Shown in pieces: positions 41,512 to 50,243 of a DNA stretch of 64,000 bases. The first letter of the stretch is position 1, and the number at the start of each line of letters is the position of its first letter. The notes under the pieces are model-generated. The model was not told where the DNA came from. It saw only the letters and a program-made list of their open reading frames with translations, and ran no database searches. This stretch comes from Bacillota bacterium (lineage in GTDB: Bacteria; Bacillota; Ch66; Ch109), in the NCBI GenBank assembly GCA_050952625.1, contig JBMNLH010000001.1, positions 1 through 64,000 of the forward strand, read 5' to 3'. The position numbers were made by a program, and so were the translations under genes.

Positions 41512-41587
41512 ATTGGTTTTAGTCAGGTTTGTATGTTATCATGGGTTATCATGTAATACTAGGCTTAATGAATTAAATAGCTTATTT

Positions 41588-41617
41588 AAAGAAAGGGAAC
41601 GCTACCCTTTCTTTTTT
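41588..41617 (+). terminator. intrinsic terminator on host side of the insertion
   Basis: aaagaaaggg-aacgcta-ccctttctttttt. Confidence 0.65.
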
Positions 41618-41709
41618 GTTTTAGAGAAAGATAACTCTAGCATAATTAAGGAAAGCCGGGAATATGGATAATTAGTAGATTGATGATCCATTTTCTGGGG
41701 GGATTTTCT

Positions 41710-42466
41710 TTGGTCCTAATGCGCGTCTATCGCCTTCGGATTCCCTTGATAATTGGCCTAGTAATTGGTATATTTGTTCTCTACGGTTTGCGCCAATATT
41801 ATTTAAGTTCAGAGGCGGATAAGGCAATTGAAACTATGTCTTGGGCGGTGGCTAATCGAGTTATTGTCGTTGATCCCGGTCATGGAGGGATTGATCCGGG
41901 TGCAGTTGGACCTTCCGGGATTCTGGAAAAGGATATTACTTTAATTATTGGCCATAAGGTGTCCCGATTGCTAGGCGAAGCCGGGGCCCGCGGTGATTAT
42001 GACCCGAGAGGCAGATGTTGACCTTAGTGATCCCGGCAGCGGCAGTCTCCTGGAAAAGAAACGGCAGGATCTGGCGCGCCGAGCTGCCTACGCCAACGAA
42101 CGGAAGGCCGAACTATTATTAAGTATCCATGTCAATAGCTTTCCCTCCTCTAAATGGTGGGGAGCTCAAACCTTCTATCTGCGCAATAGTCAAGAGGGGA
42201 AGAGGTTAGCCGAGTTGATTCAGGCCGAACTGATTCGAGTTTTGGGGAATAATAATCGACGCCAAGTTAAACCGGAAGTTTACTATATTATGCAAAATAC
42301 TAATATGCCGACCGTCATTATTGAGGTAGGTTTTATCTCCAATCCCAAGGAGGAAGCCTTGATGGCTGATCCGATCTATCAGGAGAAGATTGCCCAGGCG
42401 ATTTATGCTGGGGTGGTGCGTTATTTTTCCGAGGAATTGAATACGAGAACGAGTCGAGAGGGGTAA
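41710..42466 (+). CDS. cwlD: germination N-acetylmuramoyl-L-alanine amidase CwlD (frameshift near 41988)
   Basis: N-terminal TM; VVDPGHGGIDPGA, EKDITL, KKRQDLARR, SIHVNS, W.GAQTFY, IEVGFISNPKEE across two frames. Confidence 0.8.
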
Positions 42467-42539
42467 AAGTGTGAGAGGTTTGCCATGGGGTGAGAGAGTT
42501 AGGGGGTGAGTGGTAGGGCGAAAAGCTGATATAAACGAC

Positions 42540-42580
42540 TAAAAGTGAAGCGGGAGAAGTTTTCACTCGCTTCACTTTTA
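42540..42580. terminator. bidirectional terminator after cwlD
   Basis: taaaagtgaagcgg...tcgcttcactttta. Confidence 0.7.
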
Positions 42581-42590
42581 ATTGTCTGAG

Positions 42591-42692
42591 TTAACAGTCC
42601 CCTACTTCTCTAAGTGGGGGTTACCTTATTCAAACTTCAGGTAGAGCAGAGTTTCCACCTGAGGCCTCGATGTTCAAGCTGAACGAGTTCCC
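42591..42692 (+). mobile_element. miniature IS200/IS605-family remnant (ends only)
   Basis: ttaacagtcccctacttctctaagtggggg hairpin; cttcaggtaga...tccacctgagg and gttcaagctgaacgagttc hairpins, resembling clostridial IS605 ends. Confidence 0.5.
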
Positions 42693-43126
42693 TTGACAGT
42701 AGCTCCTCAGGTCATTTCGCAGCACCAGCAAAACAAGAATACCAAAGCCACTGTGTTAAATGCAGGTCATAATTGACACAAAATGGATAAAAAATATATT
42801 CTCGGAGCACCCTCAAAAAAGAGAAAAATTGCACAAAACGTCGAATGGAAATAAACACATGCCTTATCATATATTAGCAATAATAGCTATTGTTATGCCC
42901 TATTCTTTACTGCCGAGGCTTCCAAGTCAGTTATATTCCTGCCTTAATTAATTATACGAAGCAGAGGTGAGTTTTGGGGGGCTACCGATTGGCTAATGAC
43001 AAAAAAATAAATTAATCATGTATAACATTTTATGAAAAAGATGAACTGCACTACATCAGCCTTATCACAATCACATCTTAGCAATTCATAAGATGTTTAT
43101 TAATCTCTGCATTGAAATGGGGTTAT

Positions 43127-45472
43127 ATGTTGGATAATAACAAAACCAATCAGATAACAAATAAAAACGCCCGGTTTAAAGTATTACTGATGGCCTTCAG
43201 TCTATTGATTATCATTATGTCATTTACCGGGTTCGTCAACTATATGACTTTTGCGGATAATTACAATAATTCTTTAGCCAGCACCTACTCAGTTGCCGGA
43301 AACGAGTTAGTTAGAAAAATTGAGTATGCTCTGCTCTATGGCAAACCAATCGAAAATTACTATGGCATGAATGAAACATTGAATGAATTAAAAGAGGTTA
43401 TTCCCGAGGTTGGAGAGGTAAATATTGTTTCTCCTGACGGTACCCTTATGTACGATTTAAGCGGTTTTGTCAGGGATAGACGCTTACCTGACGATTTATT
43501 AAAAGCGGCTGCCTTTCAGCAGGGGACATTAAATGAAAATTTAAGCTACCAGTTTTATGAAAATAACACTTATGTGTTTATCAAGATTAAGGATAGTACG
43601 GCACAGCATGTGGCTAGCTTAGCCATGGTTTTTCCCGAAGGTACTTTTCTGCACGCAAACTTTGAAGCTGCCTTTTCCCAGTTTAGTAGTTCCTTTTCCA
43701 AACAATTGGTGGGGTATCTTTTAGGTATTGTACTGCTGGCGATGTTATTGTTATTCCTTATTTTCCTTAAGACTACAGTTTATAATGAGGCTAATTCACT
43801 AAATACCAAGAAAATCTTAATTATATTTATTGCCGTGTTAGGTTCGGCCCAACTTATGTATAGTGGGGTGAACTATTATCTATTTAAAAATGCCTATGTC
43901 GACATGGCATATACTAGCAAGAATTTTATTGAGAATACAATTGAAAAAAATGTGACCGGTGTGTATGCCAAGGGACTAAGCTTGCAAAATATCGAAGGTT
44001 TCGATGCATATCTTGACTCAATCAAAGATAGTATCGCGCAGATTGAGGATATTACTTACGAGATAAATCCGGCAAACTCTGAACAGATCAGCCGGTTTAA
44101 TGCGCTCATTTCTAATGATTACATAAATCAACAAATGTCCAAAATTCTACTGGATATGTTAACGGTCTTAATTATATCCATCTTCTTTATGATTGAGCTA
44201 ACCTTACTGGCGGTTGTCATTATGACCAGGGGGCCAACTTCTGCCTCCCGGCAGTTGGAAACTGACATCGATATAACCAGCAGTCATCGGTTAGTCCGGG
44301 CTTTGGTGTTCTTTATTAGTTTAAGCACCTTTATGTCTCTTACTTTTGTACCGATTGTGATGAAAAATATTTATCAACCTTTCCTGGGATTACCTAGAGA
44401 TGTGGTGTTAGGATTGCCACTTTCAGCAGAAATGCTGGGTGGGATTCTAGCCATTATTTTGGCTGGCCGGTCAATTAATAAAAGCAGTTGGCAGCAGGTC
44501 TTTTATCTAGGGGCCGTGTTCTTAGCAGTCGGTAATTTACTATCAGGATTAAGTGATACGGTTATTGCTTATACCCTTTCACGGGCGGTAGCTGGTTGGG
44601 GTTCCGGTTACATTTTAATAACTATCCGTACCCTGGCGGTATCATTACCGGACCGAACGGTCGCTATTGCCGAATTTTCGGCCGGTTCGATTGCTGGATT
44701 GAACTGTGGGGCCGTAATTGGGGGTATGTTGGCTGATCGGATTGGATATAGCGCGGTTTTTTGTATCGCCGCTGTTACCGTAGCCTTTTCCGTTTTCTTC
44801 GTTTATCGGCTAATGCCCGGTTATACAATTGAAGCGAAAGGAACCGGCAGCAGTTCGGTGATGGCCAACTTGGTTAATCTTATTACAGACAAGAAAGCCA
44901 TGGTATTTCTTGCCTGCATCTTTATCCCCTACTTTGTTGCGGGAGCATTTCTGGATTATTACTTTCCTCTATTTGCCTCAAGCAATAACCTTTCCCAAAG
45001 TGACATTAGTCGAGGTATTCTGCTGAATGGTCTATTCGTAATCTATCTGGGTCCGGTTTTAAGCCGATTGCTCTCAGACAGACTAGGTAACACTAATGGG
45101 ATGGTCGTATCTGTACTGATTGTCGTTTGTGCCTTAGGAACCTTCATTATGTTTGGCAATATTCCGGCAGCCTTTGTGACGATTATTTTATTAGGGATTG
45201 CCGATAGCTTTGGCGTGGCCATGAAGACAAATTATTTTTTGGGTTTAAACGGAATCAAAAATTTAGAACTCAATCAGGGGATTGCTGTATTTAGCGGGAT
45301 GGTAAATTTGAGCAGAATGGCGGGACCGATTGTATATGGCTTGGCGTTATCTTTGGGAATGAGAATGGGGGTGGGGATAATTGCGCTTGTGATATTTGTC
45401 TTATTGCTGGTGTTTGTCTTTGTTACCAAGGTTACGTCTGAGAAAAGCGATGCTTTTACGGTTGGAAGTTAA
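43127..45472 (+). CDS. MFS transporter fused to N-terminal TM/extracytoplasmic domains
   Basis: C-terminal ~12 TM with GGMLADRIGY and LSDRLG; N-terminal TM-loop-TM regions. Confidence 0.75.
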   Translation: MLDNNKTNQITNKNARFKVLLMAFSLLIIIMSFTGFVNYMTFADNYNNSLASTYSVAGNELVRKIEYALLYGKPIENYYGMNETLNELKEVIPEVGEVNIVSPDGTLMYDLSGFVRDRRLPDDLLKAAAFQQGTLNENLSYQFYENNTYVFIKIKDSTAQHVASLAMVFPEGTFLHANFEAAFSQFSSSFSKQLVGYLLGIVLLAMLLLFLIFLKTTVYNEANSLNTKKILIIFIAVLGSAQLMYSGVNYYLFKNAYVDMAYTSKNFIENTIEKNVTGVYAKGLSLQNIEGFDAYLDSIKDSIAQIEDITYEINPANSEQISRFNALISNDYINQQMSKILLDMLTVLIISIFFMIELTLLAVVIMTRGPTSASRQLETDIDITSSHRLVRALVFFISLSTFMSLTFVPIVMKNIYQPFLGLPRDVVLGLPLSAEMLGGILAIILAGRSINKSSWQQVFYLGAVFLAVGNLLSGLSDTVIAYTLSRAVAGWGSGYILITIRTLAVSLPDRTVAIAEFSAGSIAGLNCGAVIGGMLADRIGYSAVFCIAAVTVAFSVFFVYRLMPGYTIEAKGTGSSSVMANLVNLITDKKAMVFLACIFIPYFVAGAFLDYYFPLFASSNNLSQSDISRGILLNGLFVIYLGPVLSRLLSDRLGNTNGMVVSVLIVVCALGTFIMFGNIPAAFVTIILLGIADSFGVAMKTNYFLGLNGIKNLELNQGIAVFSGMVNLSRMAGPIVYGLALSLGMRMGVGIIALVIFVLLLVFVFVTKVTSEKSDAFTVGS

Positions 45473-45517
45473 TTGCACTTTTATTTTAAATTTTAATGAA
45501 AATCGAGGTCTTTTGAA

Positions 45518-46663
45518 ATGAATCAAATGACAAAGATACTTTTAACATGTATTTTTTCACTATTCATTTTAACTGGATGCGTTGAAAGCCAATTAGCCAT
45601 CCAAAGGGAAAAAGACGCGGGGCAGGGTGAACAGATTGTTGTCGGCGTGCCGGTCCCCCTAGAATTTGCCCGGGAAAATACTAAATTTTTACAAGGCTTA
45701 GATTTAGCCCTGGAAGATATCAACGCGGAGGGGATTAACGGTAAGAAAATTAGTTTGGAAGTCGTAGATGACGAAGGAAATTTTAAAACTGCCGTTGATG
45801 TCGCCCAGCAGTTTAGCCAGAATACCCGGATGGCCGCCGTGATTGGGCATTGGTATTCTGATATTTGCCTGCCGGTAGCCAATATATACGAAGATGCCGG
45901 GATGTTGATGGTGGTTCCCACTGTCTCCAATCCGGAGCTGACAGAAAAAGGATATAAATATGTCATCCAGAGTATTACCAATGACAAAAAAATTGCCGAA
46001 AAAATGTGTGCTCATGCTAAAAACATGGGATATAAAAGAGCAGTTATTTGTTATGAAGAAAGTTCTTATGGTAAAAATCTGGCTGAGGCCATCGAAAAAG
46101 AGGCAGCCGCCAACAATATCAAGATTGTTGATAGAAGTTCCGGTTTAGTAACTGAAGAGCAGTTTAAAAAAGCCTGCGATAAGTGGAAAGCCCTGGAGTA
46201 TGAGGCAGTACTATTAGCCCTGAATATGCCTGAGGGAGCTACTTATATCAGCGAACTTAAAAAAATGCACCAAAATATTGGGATTATTTCGGCTGACGGA
46301 TTAGATGTGAGTAATTTCATTGAGTTGCTTGGCAAAGATGCCGAGGGAGTAGTAATTATTACTACCTATAGTCCTTATAGTAAAAGACGCGAGCTAGATG
46401 AATTTACTCAGAAATATCAAGTGAAATACAATGAAGAACCAGATGTCTGGGCAATCCAGGGGTATGAATCGCTGCAGCTTATTGCCCACGCCATAAAGCA
46501 AACCAATAGCGTTTCAGCGGCAGCCTTAGCCGATTATTTGCGTTCTATGGATCCCTGGCTCTCTGTCTCAGGGAATATTCATTTTAACGAGTATGGAGAA
46601 ATCATTGGAAGGGATGTTTACCAGAAGGCGGTTGTTAACGGACAGTTTCAGTATCTTGATTGA
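45518..46663 (+). CDS. LivJ/K-type substrate-binding lipoprotein
   Basis: Lipobox LTGC; INAEGING, VIGH..S, YG..LA, GYES. Confidence 0.85.
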   Translation: MNQMTKILLTCIFSLFILTGCVESQLAIQREKDAGQGEQIVVGVPVPLEFARENTKFLQGLDLALEDINAEGINGKKISLEVVDDEGNFKTAVDVAQQFSQNTRMAAVIGHWYSDICLPVANIYEDAGMLMVVPTVSNPELTEKGYKYVIQSITNDKKIAEKMCAHAKNMGYKRAVICYEESSYGKNLAEAIEKEAAANNIKIVDRSSGLVTEEQFKKACDKWKALEYEAVLLALNMPEGATYISELKKMHQNIGIISADGLDVSNFIELLGKDAEGVVIITTYSPYSKRRELDEFTQKYQVKYNEEPDVWAIQGYESLQLIAHAIKQTNSVSAAALADYLRSMDPWLSVSGNIHFNEYGEIIGRDVYQKAVVNGQFQYLD

Positions 46664-46689
46664 TCTTATAGTAAAAGGAAGGAATAATC

Positions 46690-48033
46690 ATGTCAGAGAA
46701 TAAGCTTTTTAGAAAAGTATCCCTGGACCGCTTATCCTCGCCAGAAGAACTGGACCAGCGGTTAAAGGTGGTTTCACCTATCGGATGGGTTGCTCTGATT
46801 GCGGTTGGTATCCTGATAGCAGCGGCTCTAGTTTGGGGATTTTTAGGCAGCATTGCTGATAAGGCTACCGGTCAAGGGATTATTATCTCTAGCGGGGGCA
46901 TTACCGGGATTGTTCACCATGCTAATGGACAGGTAACCGACGTAAGTGTAAACGACGGTGATTATGTTCAAAAAGGTCAGGTAATCGCTCGGATTCAGCA
47001 AACCGAACTTATTGAAGAGATCAACAAATACAAACAGGACCTAGAGGCGGCGCGGGCTATTGATCTGGACAATCTCGAATTGAACAACAGCCGGCTCAAT
47101 TTTAATATCTATGGGAAAATTGGCGAAATTTATAAAAACTTTCAAGCAGCCGAAGCTAATCTCGAGACGCAAAGAACCTATTACAATACGCAAAAAGCTC
47201 AAGCTGAGTATGAGTTGGAGCAGGCCAGGATTCAATATGAAGATAGTCTGGAGAAATACAATAAATACAAAACCCTATACGAAAGTGGAGCGGTATCAGA
47301 GAGAGAATTGACTGATTATGAGCGACAATTGCAAGTTCATGAATTAGCCTACAAAACTAAACAACAAAACTATGTTCAATTGCCCTTATCCCAGTTGCTC
47401 GAGGCAGAAGCTAATTTTGAGGCCCAAAAGCAGTGGCTTAAAGATACCATTACTGTTTCGATTCTAGATCTGGAAAATAATATTGCCAAAATGCAACGAG
47501 ATTTAATGACTAATAGTGAGATAATTGCCAGTGTTTCGGGTCGGATCCTGGAGTTGAGGTTTAAAAAAGGCGACATTGTTCAAGCGGGCAGTGTTATTTG
47601 CACGATTGCCGAAGAAAGAGCCCAAACTGATTCGCTGGAAGCAGTTATTTATGTACCGGTGGACCAAGGCAAAAAAATAACACCCGGTATGGAAGCCAAT
47701 ATCTCGCCGACGACAGTGAAAAAAGAAGAATTCGGCTTTATGCTGGGCAATGTTGTTTCTGTTTCTGAATTCCCATCTAGTGCCCAAGGAATGATGGTCA
47801 CGTTGGGTAACAGTGAACTAGTGCAACAGCTATCCAGAGAAGGTCCGCCCATTGAGGTTCGGGTGAAGCTGATCATGGATAGCAGTACCCCCAGCGGTTA
47901 TAAATGGTCCACCTCGCAAGGGCCACCGATTATTGTTGATGACGGTACTTTTTGTTTAGGGGAAGTAAAAGTTGAAGAAAAAAGGCCGATTAGTATGGTA
48001 ATCCCGTTTATTAAAAAGCTTTTGCCCATCTAA
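46690..48033 (+). CDS. NHLM bacteriocin system secretion (HlyD-family) protein
   Basis: LFRKVSLDRLSSPEELDQ, TM, PTTVKKEEFG, SGYKWSTSQGP, RPIS.VIP. Confidence 0.9.
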   Translation: MSENKLFRKVSLDRLSSPEELDQRLKVVSPIGWVALIAVGILIAAALVWGFLGSIADKATGQGIIISSGGITGIVHHANGQVTDVSVNDGDYVQKGQVIARIQQTELIEEINKYKQDLEAARAIDLDNLELNNSRLNFNIYGKIGEIYKNFQAAEANLETQRTYYNTQKAQAEYELEQARIQYEDSLEKYNKYKTLYESGAVSERELTDYERQLQVHELAYKTKQQNYVQLPLSQLLEAEANFEAQKQWLKDTITVSILDLENNIAKMQRDLMTNSEIIASVSGRILELRFKKGDIVQAGSVICTIAEERAQTDSLEAVIYVPVDQGKKITPGMEANISPTTVKKEEFGFMLGNVVSVSEFPSSAQGMMVTLGNSELVQQLSREGPPIEVRVKLIMDSSTPSGYKWSTSQGPPIIVDDGTFCLGEVKVEEKRPISMVIPFIKKLLPI

Positions 48034-48064
48034 ATAAAGTGCTTGGATTTTGAGGTGATAAATT

Positions 48065-50224
48065 TTGCAGGAAACGCAAAAAAGAAGAAAAGTGCCTTCC
48101 ATCTTGCAGATGGAAGCAGTGGAATGCGGTGCTGCATCCCTGGCAATGATTTTTGCCTATTACAAAAAACACCTGCCTCTGGAGAAACTAAGGGTTGATT
48201 GCGGGGTTACTCGTGACGGAGTAAAGGCTAGCAATATCTTAAAAGCTGCCCGGAGACATGGATTTACCGCCAAGGGATTTAGAAAAGAACCGGCCGAGTT
48301 AAAAAATGTGCCTCTGCCGGCGATTATTCATTGGAATTTTAATCACTTTGTTGTCTTAGAAGGATTTCGCAAAGACAAGGTTTATATTAATGACCCGGCT
48401 AGTGGCCCTAGAGTCATTTCCGAAGAAGAATTTGACTTGGCCTTTACCGGGGTAATCTTGACCTTTGAACCGGGACCAGAATTTCAGCCAAGCGGTAAAA
48501 AGCCAAGCTTTGTTGCTTCATTAAAAAATTGGCTGACCGGTTCCAAGGCAGTCATCACCTATTTAGTGCTTATCGGGCTATTAATGGTCATACCCGGTCT
48601 CATAGTGCCGGCCTTTAGCAAGATTTTTATTGATGACGTTTTATTAGGCGGCAAAGGTGATTGGCTTAAACCCTTGCTTTGGGCGATGGGACTAGTTGTC
48701 GTATTGCAGGCAGTCTTGACCTGGTTGCAGCAGCATTACCTGTTGAAAATGGAGACCAAAACAGCGGTAACCAACGCAGGGAAATTCTTTTGGCATATTT
48801 TTCGGTTACCAGTCGTCTTTTTTCAACAGCGCTCAGTTGGCGATATATCCAACCGCATGCAAAGTAACGATCAGGTAGCGGCCTTTTTATCGCGAGATCT
48901 AGCGGAATCAGCCATTGGTTTTTTAACGATTGGGTTTTACTTAATTGTCATGCTGCAATACAGTGTATACCTTACCCTGGTATCTCTTGTAGCTGCTGCT
49001 TTAAGCATCGCCTACCTATATTATTCGTCCAACAAGATTGAAACTTTAAACAAAAAACTCTTACAGGACAAAGGTAAGGTAATGGGTTTCTCAATATCCG
49101 GGTTATATATTATTGAAACGCTAAAAGCTTCGGCCTCAGAGTCGGATTTTTTTGCCAAATGGTCGGGCTACCATGCTAAAGAGATCAATGCCCAACAAGG
49201 CCTGGGCAAAACAACCCAAGTCTTGTTCCACTTACCTGAATTTCTGACTCAGTTTGCTGACGTAATTGTTCTATTTGTGGGCGGTCTGATTATCATCAGT
49301 GGCGACTTAACCATCGGTTCATTGATTGCTTTCCAAGGTCTGGTCGGCAATTTTATGGCACCGGTAAATGGGCTAACGCAAATGGGGATGAAAATGAAGC
49401 AAGTGCAAGGGGATATTAACCGTTTGGAAGATGTTTTTAAGTATAGCATTGATGAGAATGTCAGCCGGGAAGTGCCAGTTGCCAAAGAAGACGATGCACA
49501 CAAAAAGCTGGAAGGTTACGTCGAAATAAAAGACTTGTCATTTGGTTACAATCCCTGGGATCCCCCGCTGATCGAGAATTTTAGTCTGACCCTTAAACCT
49601 GGTTCCCGGGTTGCCTTAGTCGGCAGCTCCGGGAGCGGTAAAAGTACAGTAGCCAAGTTGATTGCCGGTATTTACCAGCCTTGGTCCGGCGAAATACTAT
49701 TTGACGGACAAAGCAGGGAACAGATACCACGCAATGTGATAACCAACTCTATGGCCGTAGTTGACCAGGATATTACCTTATTTGACGGAACGATCAGGGA
49801 AAACCTCGCCATGTGGGACAGCACTATTCCTGAAGCCAGCATTATTCAAGCAGCGAAAGATGCCTGTATTCATGATGATATAGCCATCAGAGACCATGGT
49901 TATGACCATAAAGTCAGTGAAGGCGGGGCTAATTTTAGCGGCGGTCAGAGGCAGCGGCTGGAAATTGCTAGGGCATTGGCTGGAAATCCATCAATCTTGA
50001 TCCTTGACGAGGCAACAAGCGCGCTGGACGTACATACAGAAAACCTGGTGGACCAAAACATTCGCCGTCGGGGTTGTACCTGTGTGATTGTCGCCCATCG
50101 TTTAAGTACAATTAGGGATTGTGATGAAATAATTGTCATGGACCGGGGTAAAATCGTTCAACGCGGCACGCACGATCAATTAAAAAATATCGAAGGGCTT
50201 TATGCACAGCTGATCGGTGCTTAA
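48065..50224 (+). CDS. NHLM ABC exporter, C39 peptidase/ATPase
   Basis: QMEAVECGAASL, HWNFNHFVV, GSSGSGKS, FSGGQRQR, LDEATSALD. Confidence 0.92.
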   Translation: MQETQKRRKVPSILQMEAVECGAASLAMIFAYYKKHLPLEKLRVDCGVTRDGVKASNILKAARRHGFTAKGFRKEPAELKNVPLPAIIHWNFNHFVVLEGFRKDKVYINDPASGPRVISEEEFDLAFTGVILTFEPGPEFQPSGKKPSFVASLKNWLTGSKAVITYLVLIGLLMVIPGLIVPAFSKIFIDDVLLGGKGDWLKPLLWAMGLVVVLQAVLTWLQQHYLLKMETKTAVTNAGKFFWHIFRLPVVFFQQRSVGDISNRMQSNDQVAAFLSRDLAESAIGFLTIGFYLIVMLQYSVYLTLVSLVAAALSIAYLYYSSNKIETLNKKLLQDKGKVMGFSISGLYIIETLKASASESDFFAKWSGYHAKEINAQQGLGKTTQVLFHLPEFLTQFADVIVLFVGGLIIISGDLTIGSLIAFQGLVGNFMAPVNGLTQMGMKMKQVQGDINRLEDVFKYSIDENVSREVPVAKEDDAHKKLEGYVEIKDLSFGYNPWDPPLIENFSLTLKPGSRVALVGSSGSGKSTVAKLIAGIYQPWSGEILFDGQSREQIPRNVITNSMAVVDQDITLFDGTIRENLAMWDSTIPEASIIQAAKDACIHDDIAIRDHGYDHKVSEGGANFSGGQRQRLEIARALAGNPSILILDEATSALDVHTENLVDQNIRRRGCTCVIVAHRLSTIRDCDEIIVMDRGKIVQRGTHDQLKNIEGLYAQLIGA

Positions 50225-50243
50225 TTAAGCTCGAAAGAGGGGT

